A stretch of DNA of 64,000 bases, from assembly GCA_016748015.1 (NCBI GenBank), contig JAAOMT010000522.1:1374-65373 (forward strand), read 5' to 3'. Shown here in pieces: positions 38,215 through 52,247 of this stretch. The notes below the pieces were generated by a model that worked only from the letters and a program-made list of their open reading frames with translations, did no database searches and had not been told where the DNA came from. A program made the position numbers and the translations under genes. Source of the stretch: Geosiphon pyriformis uo1 (lineage: Eukaryota > Fungi > Glomeromycota). Positions within the stretch are counted from its first letter, which is position 1, and the number at the start of each line of letters is the position of its first letter.

Positions 38215-41200
38215 CTACGCAGCTATATAGACAGAAGCTGAATCACCAATGCTGGAAAAAAACATACAAGACTTGTGAAAACCAAAATGCACACCAAAAG
38301 CTTCATCAATACCAAGCAAATCAACCACACCAGCAGAAAGCCATGAAGTCAAACCAGAGACTGAAGTAGGAGACAAACCATCCAAAGGAATCAGTCCGTG
38401 CTTTTCCATATAGGTATGGTGTTTAACCCAAACCAACCAGATCTCATCTTTAAAAGCAAGGCCAAGAGAACACGCAAAATTAATAACCTCCAAACATGCC
38501 ACTTTGGGATTATGGAAGATGGAGACAGTTTCACTGAACCATTTATCAAAAACAAAACTCTTATGGAGGGCCATGGATACTGAGGACCCTGAAACACAAG
38601 ACGACAACAACTGCAACAAAACCGAAGAAGAGACAGAAGAACCAGAAAGTGTTTTCCAAGTGTTCATGTGAGAATTCAACAACCGACACTGAGCAGAATT
38701 ATTGACCTTACAAGAAAAAACATGATCTGACATCTTTACATCACCACAATATAGACACAACACATTGGGATAAAGTCTATTATAAAGCCATTTTCGAACA
38801 GCCATAGGCAACTGATGATGCAAAGCCTTCATAAAATAAAAGCGCGCATTAGCTGAAATCTTACTAGTGAAACTGGTGGCCATATGCAAATCAGGATGCC
38901 ACACCAAAGAAGAGTGGGACCAATCAACATCAACATACAAGTCAACAGGCAAAAATTTAGAATCAGATCCCACCTTCCAATGTGCATGACACATGGCATG
39001 AAAAGTGTTACGGACGAAGTGCCTTGAATTGTCAGAGACAACGTTGCCATCAGCCATCAAAAAGTGTTCATCCAGGTGAGGAGGAAGAAACTAGTCAGAA
39101 ACAGAAACAGCATTGGCAATTACATCAGCATGCTCGTTTCCCAAAATCTCAGAATGATCTTTGACTTTGTGCCAGTTAACTTTTAGGCCCTTATTGTATA
39201 TGACATTGGCAATGTGCTGATGCTCAACCCAACACTGATTATAGAAATCAGGAACCACCAGACCCAATTCCGATTTGTAAGCATCCAAAGCAGATTGACT
39301 ATCCAAAAATAAATGTACATTACTAAAAACAGGAACACACTCGAAAGCCAATGCAATTGTCTGTAACTCAGCCATGGTAGATGACATCAATCCAGACATG
39401 CCAACACCCAAACCCATACCAATGTCCTCGAAAAAAGCCACAGCACCCACTTCACAGCCAACTGTACCCAAATTTCTCAATGACTCATCAGTGTAGACTG
39501 ATAGCACCCTTGCATTGACTTGTAAAAGACGATCGTAGACAGACACAAAACCAGAGGAACTCAGAATGTTCAAGGGACCAATATTAGCAAGAAGAGGGAT
39601 GCGGGCAGGAGAGGAATCCTCTCTAGTAAGAAACACAGCAGAAAGTCTAAACCACTCAGGAATAGGGCCATGGGGGTCCAGTTTCTTCCATTGCTTAAAT
39701 GTGGACCAATCAAAGACAGTACCATAATAATCACAAAGTTGGTCTACAAAGACCACATCATACCGCCGAAGTAAGGGGAGACACCTAGAGAAAACTGATT
39801 CACCCAAAACAGTCGACATGGGCATCCCACCATTGGCACAAAAGGAATTGGGAAAAGATCCACCCAAGAACAATTTGCAATTATAAAGCACACAAACCAA
39901 ACCTGCCAAAAAATTATTAGAGGCGCTAATATGAATACAAACAGGAGAACTCAACAGATAAATAGGGCGCCAACATAAAACCTGCAGGTCATGAGACCTA
40001 TAAGAAAACAAACGTCCCACAATCCTACCAGAGTTGGCAAAATTAATAAGAGAAGCAATCTTGCCTTCAGACTGAATTTGCAGGAAAAATCTTAAACCAT
40101 AAAAAGAGGGGTGGTGAATTGAATCACTAGAAAAATTGAGCAGAAGTCCAGATTTAAGCTTCAGGCCCTTACAAATCATAGCATCCCACTTGTTGCAAAT
40201 GTCTATAAGAACAAAGCTAAATTGTGTCCTGTAGCTAATTATAGGTTGGAAAACCACTGAAACCAAATATAAGAACTGCTTATCTAAGATAGCCTTTTTA
40301 AGAACCAAATTTGTAAAAAAACAAATGTCTAAATGTGCCTTAGCTAAACTGGGTTTAGAAAGATCTTTAGTTAACAGAAATATGCCCAAATACCAATGGA
40401 ATTTATCTTTTTTGGCAACAGAGATAGGAGAACCACTAATGAAAAAAGCGGGGTTTTCAACTTTACAATTAATAGGAATAGCTACTGTTTTGTCATTGTT
40501 TATTGAGATGTCATTAATCCGAAAAAACTCGCTAGTAATGTCCGAAATGTGTTGAGTTGCACTCTGACTACTGCCAACCCAAATTGTATCATCAACAAAG
40601 GCGCCAGTGGCAAAATAGGAAGAAAGCCCAGCTTGCAATTTGACATGACCACTCTTGGAAACAAAATGAGAAATTAGCCTATACCCACAGACACTCTTCT
40701 GACACTTGACTTCGCACAAAAGGGGATCATAAAAAATGCACCACAGAAGGGGGAAAAAAACCTTTCCTTGATCTAAATCATCATGGACACAATAACCATC
40801 TGTCAAACCAAAATCTGTTATGACTCGATTAATGCGACCTCTGTGAATGCCGCCAAAAAACCGAATAAACTTGTCACACATTTTAATTCTGACCAAACAC
40901 TTCTCCAAATGCTCCCAGCCAACTGAATCATATGCCTTCCTCATATCCTGCAAGACCAGCTAAAACTCTTTGTTCTTTTCCAAGGCATCTTCAACAACCA
41001 AACCAACTGCAAAAATGGGGGACTGTGTCGTCGTATCTTTCAAAACTGAAAAATTGTTATCACGAAGGACATCATGAGTGCTGCATACTGAAGAAATCTT
41101 GTCTAAAAGTATTTTGAAGAGAATCTTGTGAGCTGTCTCAATCAGTGCAATAGGACAAATATTTGTAAAAACACCCTCCCATTCATACAGTTTGGGAATC

Positions 41201-42903
41201 ATCAAAACCCAAGCTTCTCTCCAAGAGCCAGGAACAGATTCTTCAGACAGGCAAGAGTTCAAAAGCACCAAAAGCATATTAAGGACTGAAACATTACAAT
41301 GTTTCCAAAGCTTATTTGAGATACCCGAAAGGCCAGCAGCTTTGCCATCCGGCAGGTTGGAAACAACCCCAAACAATTCATCGAAGTCAATCAAACTCAT
41401 TACACCAGAAAAAGCTTTGTCAAAAATATAACCCAAAGAATGATACTGACGAGACCACTCATCATTAACGTCGAGCACCACCCTTCACTTTCTAGTCCAG
41501 CCTTCCATAATCTCATCCACCTTAGACTTCACAAGAGCAGGATCCAACACCATCTCATCCTCCACCACCAAATAATCTAAAACCACCTTGCGGAAGGGTC
41601 GTTCCAAAACACTACGTACAGTATAATCTTTGTTCAACTCAAAACTTTCCATTCTTTTGTCAATTGCCGACTTAATCTGAGATTCTTTGGCATGGTTTGA
41701 CTCTGACAACTTAGATAAACGGTAAAATTTCTTTATCTTGGCCAAAGCTGAACAAATGGTATCAAAATGAGAACCTGAAAGAAAGAGAGACTCCACAACA
41801 GAAGCATTAGCAGTATCAATTCCCTTCCATGTGTCAAGTAGAGAAACAAATTCCTCATGAGAGACCAGATAAGAGGCTTTGACAATCTTCAACACCAAAA
41901 GTTCTAATTTGTAAAATCTGAATGATACTCTATTATAGACACTGTCAAAACTCTTAAACCATTTTTTTTTGAAAACATTTTCAGCCAACAAACACACCAC
42001 TTGGCGAAGGTGACTCCACATTGTGTTCAGGTCCAAACATATCTTGGCAGCATAAAATTCATCATGGAACATGGCAGCATTCGCCGAAATATCCTCTTTA
42101 AACTTGATCCAATCAGCATTACCAGCATTCACAAAATTGTACTTCCAGCAATCCTTATTTGCCTGATTGCGCAATGAGTTCAACTGCACATCCAGCAAAC
42201 CACCAAGACCCACGGAGACAAAAACAGCTTTATGATCAGTGTTAAAATACTCTTCGACACCAGATATATCACGACCCAAAATTGCGTTAACAAGACTTGA
42301 CGACACAAACACATAATCAATAATTTTAGCCACCCCACAAGAATTATTCCATGTAGTTTTCCTTCCAAACACGCTTCCACTCAAAGAGTTGACCAAACCC
42401 AAATCAAAGCATTTTTTTAAGCTGGCACTTTTGCGAGAACCATCTTCATTGAAGTCACCACCCAAGATGATGAAGGAGGACTCATTTACCGTCTTCGCGA
42501 TCAAAAAATTGATATCATCCACTTGAGAGAAATGTACTGCCAAAGATGATTCAGCATATAGCCCCAAAATTGACACAGACAGCTTATTTTTGAAGAAAAG
42601 CTTAATAGAGAGAAACCAACCAAGAATGTCTAACACCTTATACACATGCCGAGCCAAAAAATTGTTCATAATGATTGCGACCCCAGAACCCATGTGACCA
42701 GAACTCAAACCAGAAGTAAAAACCCGGATGCCAACAAACTTGTTCATAATCCAAGAGCAAACTCCATCTTTCAACTTAGTCTCAGTAATAATTGAAATCA
42801 TATTGTTCATTTCTTTATGCCAACGAATAATATCCTCCTGTTTTGCAGGATTGTTCATACCCCTAACATTGCACGTGGCAATTTTCCAAATATAACTGGT
42901 TAT
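38215..42903 (-). pseudogene. LINE copy 3 ORF2 (APE, RT, RNase H, CCHC), about 1560 codons with three in-frame stops
   Basis: Four same-frame ORF pieces: 'IATCNVRG', 'ITETKL', 'GGDFN', 'IDYVF', 'TDH'; 'DMRKAYDSV', 'QG', 'AFVDD', 'YLGI'; 'YTDES', 'AELQ', 'DSQSA', 'KVKDHS..GNEHAD'; 'CLYC..SDHVFSC'. Confidence 0.97.
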
Positions 42904-44808
42904 TGAAATGAAAAAAAGACCAGAGGACCCGAACCAGCACACATCTGCTCTAACTTTGCCAAAATTGAACCAATAGAGGCATCGAGAGCAACCAACTTTG
43001 ATTCCAAAACACCAATTTTAGAAGTCAGCACCTTGGAACTGCTATGACCCAATTGAGAATTATCATCACCAGAAGGGAAAGAAATGGGTTGAGTCAAAGG
43101 AACATCTAACACCATGTTGGAATCCAAGTCAGAGTTAGTCACCATGAGAGAACCAGAGACGGACGGTTGAGGAGTATCCACTAGAGGAATCATATTAGAA
43201 GAAGGAGCTATAGACACCAAACTAAGATTGTCAAAACAAAAAAGAATGTTCGAAATTTGATCAGATAAAAGCTCTACAGAGCATTTCAGATGTGCCAAAC
43301 GTGCACCCAAGGGGGCATTGACCATAGAGAGAGGAGGAAGGGTATTACCAGAACTTGAAGCACCAAAAAGCTGAGAACCAGAACCAGAGCCATCAAGAGA
43401 AACATAAGAGACCGAAGCAACTGAGATTATTTGGGCCCAGGATTTGCCTCCAAAAGCAACAGGACGAGAGATCAGAACCTTTTTTTTAGCATATAATTTG
43501 GCCAACTGGAGACGAGTATCCAAGTTAGCAGGCTTTTTAAAAGATTTATGTGACTGAAAATCTGATGTAACCTCAGCATCACATTTCAAGGCAGAATGAC
43601 CAAACTTCCCACACTGTTCACAGTAAACCAAATCCAACCTAGCCCATGAGAGTTTCACTCCACTTAAGATTGGCTCCATGTGAAAGACTGATTCCATAGC
43701 TTCATCAGATTCAAAACATACCACAGCACAGTGTATTTTATTGCCAGTCTCCAATGAATGATTGATGACACAAGTTTTCTCACCAGCCCCTTCCAAAAGA
43801 TTCCCAAGGTCATGAGCTGTCATTCCTACTGGCAAAGTAAACAGAAGCACCCTGAATTTATCCTTAAAAGCCCATGTCTCACAATTTCCCACAGCCTTGG
43901 CCACATGCACAGAATTTTTCCCAATTAGGAAAGACCATTTTGACACCAACAGATCAGCCTGGCTAGATTCGGCAAACTCCATCACAGCCTTCTGTCATAG
44001 CCCAATTAACTGAACTTTGATAAACACTATCTGACCATACTTGGATACTGCAGTGATGATCATTTTCTTTGGTGTGTCCATAGAAATTTTCTTGATTACT
44101 ATGGCCCGATCTGAGCGAATTTCTTGTCTCTTAAGATCGCTGTTTACTATGATGTTATTTTTCTTGGCCAATGATGTGGCCTTTTCTATGCTCTCTGATG
44201 AAATAAACGTCAATCTGATGATCCCTTCAAATTTTGAGGGAGTAGTGGCCCCCCCAAAACCGTTGATTTTTGAAAACAATTTTCTGATCAATTGAGTTTT
44301 TACAGTCGCCGATTTGCTTTCCACAGCCAAGAGATTAATATCTAATGCAAAGGATTTCCTAACAGCAACTTTCACTTGAGATTTAACAATCTTGGGATCC
44401 AATCACATTTTTTCTAAAGAAATACCAAGAAGAGGGGGGAGAGGACCACCATCATCATTATTCATGTTGTAATCTAACGAACCAAGAGGGGAGCCACAGT
44501 CCAAATTATTCTTAACTCTCTTTGCCTTAGAAGTAGTTGCAGCCAAGCCAAGAAGAGAACCATCATTACCACCAGCCAAGATGTCACTAGCAACATTGTC
44601 ACTAGAATCACTTTTCATATCCGAGTATTGACTTCCACCAGAAATAGGTTTGGCCAAAGCAGCTTTGTTTCTATCACCAGACTGATTCATATGGTGAAAG
44701 AAAATTCTTTTTTTTTGAGAGGAGAGACCACCAACAGAACCAAAAGAAGCACCAACAGGAGCTTTCTTATTCGACATACTACTGCCAGAAGCAGCTTCTG
44801 AGTCCACA
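42900..44808 (-). pseudogene. LINE copy 3 ORF1, two in-frame stops
   Basis: Same-frame ORFs 44403-44849, 43995-44402 and 42900-43985, with RRM-like segments and 'CEQCGKFGHSALKC'. Confidence 0.95.
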
Positions 44809-47563
44809 ATAAAAGAATTATTTGTAAGAGAAATGTTGAGGTACAACAAGTGAAAAACAAAAAACTACTTTTAAAATATGACTCTTTTTTAGGAATTTGG
44901 GACGAAGGAGAGAAAGAGTTTTTTTTGTTATAAAAAACTTAATATATTATTATTAGTTTTATTATTGTTATTGACAAAACAACTTCTTATTATTTCTGTT
45001 ATAATATATAAAAATATTATTAGATTAAAAAAATTTTTTAATAAAAAAAATACATTGTTATTTATATAAAATAAGAATAATAATAATTAGATAAAATAGT
45101 CAATAAAAAATAAATATTATAAAAAGAAAAATTCCAAAATTTTTTTTAAGAAATTTCAAAATTTCAGAATTTGTTTAAACAAGAATTACAAAATTCTAAA
45201 ATTTCAGAAATTTAATAAAAAAAATTGAAAAATTTCAAAAAATTTTATATAATAAAAATTATGTATATATAACAATAAAATTAAAAATAAGAAAAAACAA
45301 ACAAATTCTTAAAAACAAATAGTTAATAACAAATAGTTATCAAATATTTTCTCTTTAAAAAATAATTTTCTATATTTTAAAGTAAAATTATATTTATATT
45401 AATAAAATACTTATTTATTATCTAATTTATAGTATTATTAATCAATTAAAAAATACTTATTATTTTTATATTTTTAACAACTTATATTAATAGAATCTAA
45501 TATTTAATCATACTAAAACTTTTAATTATGATTATTAATAAAATACTAATTTTTTAATTTTTTTTTATCTTTTTTTGTTTTTTTTGTTATTTTTTTGTTT
45601 TTATTATTGTTTATTAATTAATTAAAAAATTAAATCTTAAGATATTAATATTAAAAATGTTTGATAAAAAATCTGTAAAACAAAAGTAAAAACTTAAAAA
45701 TAGTTTATTAAAAGTATATAACTGTTAAATTAAATCATTTTTTACATTAAAAAAAAAAATTTGGAAAAAATTACTAATTAAAACTTTGCCTATTATATAA
45801 AAAACTCAACTAAAATCTTTAAATCTTAAAATTTTTAGAAATTACCAATAATATATTTAGTTATTAAACACTAAGTTATAAGTTTATTATTTGTTTCAAT
45901 ATCTTAAATAATTATTTATAATAATATTTATATATAAATTACAAAAACTAAAAAAACAATTACTACTAACAATTAAAATAATGTAAAAACAATTTAAGTT
46001 TTATCTTTTTTTTAATTAAAACAGCTAATTCATAATAATTAAGTCATATAAAAAAACCAAATGACTTTGTTGTTTTTAAATTTGCTTTTTTATAATATTT
46101 TTGTAATTTAAATATTTTTATTAAACTATAAAATTAATTTAATATGATAAAACAAAAAAATTATAAAACTATAACCATTTATTTTAGATAATTTAATCAA
46201 ATTTTCTGTTAAATTTAAGCAATTAAAAGAAACTACTATATTCTAAAACAAATTTTGAATCAGTTTATCAAAAGATTAAAAAGTAATATATTCTAATTAA
46301 TAAAGTTCTACTATTTTATAAATTTACAAAATATAGTAATATTTATTTATAATTTTAAATTGGCTAAACAAAAAGTCAATCATACCTAAATTGTTAATTT
46401 AACTATAAATAAAACTTTTAATATTAATGTAAAGTTTATTTAATTAAGTAAAAAATTAACTTAAAAAATTGAAAAATTTTTTGTTAAAAATTTAAAACCA
46501 TTTTAATTTTTATAATACTAAAAAAATAATAGCAGTTTATAATATTAATAATAATATTATTATTAAAAATTAAAATAATTATAAAAACAAAATTTTTATA
46601 ACTATTATTATTGTCAAAAATTAAAATATATTGTCAGAAATTAGAACATATTATTAAAAATTGCTAAAAAAATATTTAATTAATATTAAGAAAATTAATA
46701 TTAAGTATAATCAAAATATATATAATTAATGAAATATTAATTTTTATTTTCTTAGTATTAACAACTCTAATACTTATCTTAATTATTACAAAATTATTAT
46801 TAATATTTTTAAATAATAAAGTAATCTTAATCTTAGTATCAAATTTTTTAATTTATTAATTTAAAATCTTAAGTTATCAATTATAATTAAAAATAAAAAA
46901 ACAACAAAAAAAATCAATTTTAATTTATATTTATATTATTATGAAATATAAATTACAGTAATTTACCACTTTAAGCACTATTAAATAGATATTTTAACCA
47001 AGCTTTTATCTTGGTTTTTACAAAACTCAGAATTTTAATACTATATTTTTAAAAAAAAGCTATAGTTAAGTTCACCAATTTTTTTCTCTTAACAACAACC
47101 AAATTATTTCTAATATAATTTTTTTAACTATAATTACTGAAGATAAAATACTTGCTACTATTTTTTTATTTAATAAAAAAAATTTAAATATCTTTAATTT
47201 TTTTAGTAAAACTGTTTTAATTAAAATAATTTAATAATAATAATATATATTAATATCTAAACAGAATAAATAAATATTAAAATAATATTTATTAATAAAT
47301 TAACTGACAAAATAATTATAAAATAACTTATGAATTAATTAAATTACTAAGTTAATTAGTATTATCAGTTGAAATTTAAGATATTAATTAATATAAAATT
47401 AATCTTATAATTAAATTATAATGATTAATTTTTTATTATTATGAGTTTTATGAATGAAGTCCAATTACTATCTAATACATAAAACTAAACTAAGTAGAAC
47501 CAACTAAATACAACTCATACACAGACTACATGTGGCCAGCCATTTGGACCAGACAAGACAATA

Positions 47564-50500
47564 CTACACACTTATGGAAACAAAAGCATCACTATCCAAA
47601 CCAGAAAAAAACTGACACAATTGGCATTTACCAAATCCAATAGCAAAAGATTCTATAACACTAAGCATATAGACAATACCAGCCAACAACATAAAAACCA
47701 TACTACTGGACAAGCCAGAAACCACACTATTATCCCCAATCAAGCCAGCTTTTTTTATCTCCGCTTTATGCTTAGCTCTAATAGTTCATATTCGAGTGCA
47801 CTACAACTCCACTACAAATCTGATATATTTTACAAAAGTTTGAGTAGCTTTCTTCTTTTTCTCAAAACAGCTTCAGTGTACCAATCTCTTATTACAAAAA
47901 TCTTGTACATTGCTACATAAAGACTCACATTCGAAGAACAGAACAAGAGTGAGAGCAGAATAACAGATGGAAACAAACTCGAAAAACCAGACATTAATAT
48001 CTATTTTTTAGGAGCTTCAACCAAAATGTCTCTGTGGAGACCAGAGTTACCAAAACAAGCAAAAATATGATTAGAGAACTCCACCTTGTCACATAGCAAA
48101 CACAAAACACTAAGATAACTTCTGTTATACAACCTTTTTCTAATTGCAACTAGCAGCTGCTTATAAACAGTCTTTATCAAATACATGTATAAATTGGCCG
48201 ATTTTCTACTGGTGAATCCAGAAAACATGTGTAAATCAGGATGCCAAACTGTTGCAGTAGCATTCCAATCTATTTCTTTAACCATAATATTTAGAACTAT
48301 ATCAAAACTCAGACCAGTCTCCCAATGGGCACAGCATATTGACTGGTATAAGTTTCAAGCAAAATGACAAACATTGTCAGAAATGGCAGTTTTCTCAGTG
48401 ACCAGAAACCTTTTCTGGATTTTAACTGGCAAAGAAAAAAATGAAAAAGTAGCCTTATTAGCCAGCATGTCAACCCTTATGTTGCCTAATACATTTGAAT
48501 GTCTTTTAACTTTCACCCACTTAATAAAAATATTCTTGTCTTTAAGAAGATTGACTATTTGCAATTTTATGATCCAACATTAATTATGAAAGTCAAGTAT
48601 AGTTGAAGAAACCTCAGTAATACAGGCATCGATCATAGATTGACTATCTGAGTACAAAACCACTGAGCATGAAGATAGAACACACTCCAAAGCCAACATC
48701 ACAGCTTGTAGTTCAGTTAAAGTAGAGGACAAAAGTCCAGAAACTTTAACTTCAACACTTGCATTTACAGCTGGAAAGTATGTAGCTGCTCTATCTGCTG
48801 CTTCAACAGAACCAGCATGTCTCAAGGATCTATCTGTATAAACCTTAATACAATCAGACCACATCTCCAATAGACTATCACGAATTTTAAAGAACTTATC
48901 AGAATTCAAAACACTTAACACATTCTCCCTAGTAGCAGTAGCAGCTTTGATCTCTAAAAAAACAGAATTGTTTATAAAATCAGATGTCAAAAAAAACCAG
49001 TAAGGCACAGGGCCCCTTAGGTCCAACTGCTTCCAATGCTAAAATGTTTTCCAGTCCATCATCTTTCCTTTCTTGTTAAGAATTCTGTTACCAAAAGCAA
49101 CACCAAAATGCTTCAATGAAAAAACAGATTTGTAATACAAAGACTGACTCAGAATATCAAACATTGAAAAATTGCCAGATTCACAAAAGGCACAAGGCAA
49201 ATTGTTTGCTAAAGATAATTTATTCTCCAAAAAAATCTTTACTACTCCTGCTAAAAAATTGTTTACAGAATTAACATACAGCCTAACAGAAAATTGCAAA
49301 AGATTCAAAGAAAACCATTCTAGAATTTGCAAATCCAAAAATCTATGATCAAATAAACGTCTAAAAATGCTGTGGCCATTAGAAAATAAAATCAATAATA
49401 CCAGCTTTCTTTTAGATTGTACTTGCTTAAAGAGCTTCAAACTATATAAAAAAGAGTGGTGCAAAACCTTATTGGGAAAGTTATGCAGTAAACCAGCTTT
49501 AGCTCTAAGACTTTTTCTAATCATAATATTCCACTTATGACACATATCTAAAGTAATAAAACTGAACTGTGTATAATAGCTAACAATGAGCTGCAATACT
49601 GCCAAAACCAAATAACAGAATTGTTTGTTTATAATAGCTTTTCTTAACACTATATTAGAAAAAAATCTGACATCCTTATGGGCTTGAGCCAAACTGAGCT
49701 TAAAAAAACCCTTAATTGAAAGGAAAATACTTAAATATTAATGTGATTCACTCTTCTTAGCAACTGAAATTGGCAATTTATTAATTAATAGCAAAGCATC
49801 CTTAATTTTCTAATTGATAGAAATTGCCACCGTCTTATCATTATTAATTAAGATATTATTAATTACAAAAAATTTACTTATAATGTTCAAAATATACTGT
49901 ATAGATGTCTAACTACTTCTGACCCAAATTGTATTATCAACAAAAGTGCCTGCAGCCAAAAAAAAAGTTTTTCTTCTACTTGTCTCAATCCTGCCAGATT
50001 TTGCTACAAACTTAGAATCAATCCTGTATCCATATAAGTGCTCATGCCTTTTCACTTTACATAAAAGTAAATCATAAAATATTCTTTAAAGCAGTAGAAA
50101 AAAGACTTTTCTTTAATCCAACTTATAATGTACTCTATAACCATCTGAAAGCCCAAAGTCAGTCATTACCCTGTTAATCCAGCCCTTATGAATGTTGCCA
50201 AAAAATTGAATGAAATGTTCACACATCTTAATATGATGCAAACTTGCTTGCAAATAATGCCAGCTTACCAAATTATAAGCTTTACACATATCCTACAACA
50301 TTAACCAAAACTCTTTGTTTTTCTCCAAAGTATTCTCAACAACCAAGCCAATAGCAAAAATAGGAAATTGTGTTGAAGTACTTTTTAACACTAAAAAATT
50401 GTTACCATAAAGAACATTAAACTTGCTACAAGCCAAAAATATCTGATCAAATAAAATTTTAGACAGTATTTTACGTGCTGTTTTGACTAATGCAATAGGT

Positions 50501-52247
50501 CTGATATTTGTCAGAACACCATTTCACTCATAAGGTTTTAGAATTATTGAAACCCACACCTCTTTTCACAGATTAGGAACAGCACCCATACTCAGACACA
50601 AATTCAACAATTTCAACAAACAGACCAAAACCTCCCCACTACAATGCTTCCAAAGTTTATTAGATATTCCTGATAACCTGACCACTCTATTATTTGGCAA
50701 ATTATCAACAACCAGAGCCAATTTTTTTATACCAATTTCTTTTATCACACCAGAGAAAGCATTATCATCCATATAATTCAGAGGCATATATTGTCAAGAC
50801 CAAAGATCAGATATCTTTAGAAGAACTGATTGCTTTTTCGTCCACCCTTTCATAATTTTATCAATCTTAAGTTTCATTTTATTAGGCTCAATCACCAGCT
50901 TATCATCTACCACCAAGTGATCTAAAACCATCTTGCAAAATAGATGTTCCAGAATGCTCTTTATCATCTTTTCTTTGTCAGAACAGAAGTTTTTCATATG
51001 ACAATCAATTGCTTTCCTTATAGCAGCATCTTCAACAATCTTAGACTCGCAATACTTGGACTTATGATATTTTTTTCTCATTACCGACAAATGTTTAATC
51101 AATTCCATCAAGCTTATACCATTCAAAATCATGTTATTAATCTTGGAAGCTTCGACTACATCAATGGTCAACCAGACCTTAATAAGGCAGTTGAAATTCA
51201 GGAAATTGCCACAGTTCCAACATTTCACAATCTTTGTAATAAGCAGCTCCAATTTAAAGAATTTGAAAGATTGTTTATTCCTCAAACAGTCATATTCACT
51301 ATACCAGATCTTAGAAAAAACTGTGTTAGCAGCTTGTACTATGACTTTTTTCAACATTTTCCACATTGTATTCAAGTTACTATTAACCCTTGCCTTTTTA
51401 AACACATCTGACCTAGCCAACAATTTGGCAGAAGAGCAGTTTTCAAAGCTTAACTATTGCACATTACTTGCATTCTTTAATTTGAATTTTTATTAGTCCC
51501 GGTTGGCCTGTCTGCAAATACTAATAAGATGTGTATCCAGTAGTCCATCCAAACCAATCGAAATAGAAACTGACCTATAATTTGTATTAAAAAACCCAAA
51601 CATATCATCGACAAAATACAATGCCATAGCAGATGCCAAATTCTCACTAACTAAAATAAAATCAATCACTTTCTCAACACTTCTTGAATTGCTCCAGATA
51701 GAAGTCTTGGCCAATAAGTGTTCATCAAAAGTATTAACCAGGCCCAAACCCAAACAGAACTTAAAACTTGCACTTTTGCTAGACCTATTTTCATTAAAGT
51801 CACCACCCAAAACCACAAAAGAGCTGGAATTGACTGCTTTGGAAATCATAAAATTGATATCAGCAGCTTAATTAAATTGTGTATCAATAAATGCACCAGC
51901 GTACAGACCTAAGATCATAATTGAAAGCTTGTTTTTGAATAGAAGGCACATAAAGATCAAATGACCAGACACCTTATCCACTTTTAAAACATGCCAAGCC
52001 AAAAAATTGTTTATAATTATGGCAACTTCAATACCACAAAACCCAACATTCAAACCAGAAGTAAAAACCTAAAGTCTATCAAACTTATTTATAATCCAAG
52101 CCTAATAGCAGACCTTAATTTTGTCTCAATAACAATCAAAATCATATTTTCTGAATTCTTATGCCAATGAACAATGTCTTTCTGTTTAGCTAAATTTGTT
52201 ATATCCCAGACATTGTATGTAGCCACTCTCCAAATGAGCTCACTTAT
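47564..52247 (-). pseudogene. LINE copy 4 ORF2
   Basis: 'VATYNVW', 'IETKL', 'GGDFNE', 'IDFIL', RNase H 'YTDRSL..TELQA..DSQS..KVKRHS..GNIRVD', and 'CLLC..NHIFAC'. Confidence 0.92.

Larger units (their letters stand above)
38091..44918 (-). mobile_element. L1/Tx1-like LINE copy 3, full length, least decayed
   Basis: (TAA)n tail near 38085-38100. TSD-like agactttttttattat (38075) and agagttttttttgttat (44915). Retains CpG dinucleotides and shows no frameshifts. Confidence 0.96.

Noticed and set aside
44935-47355. AT-rich block with repeated aaatttc(a)gaa-like motifs near 45130-45240, possibly DNA-transposon subterminal repeats or a centromere/origin-like region
   Set aside because: No TIR pair, TSD or transposase motif was recognised, and AT richness is explained by repeat erosion.
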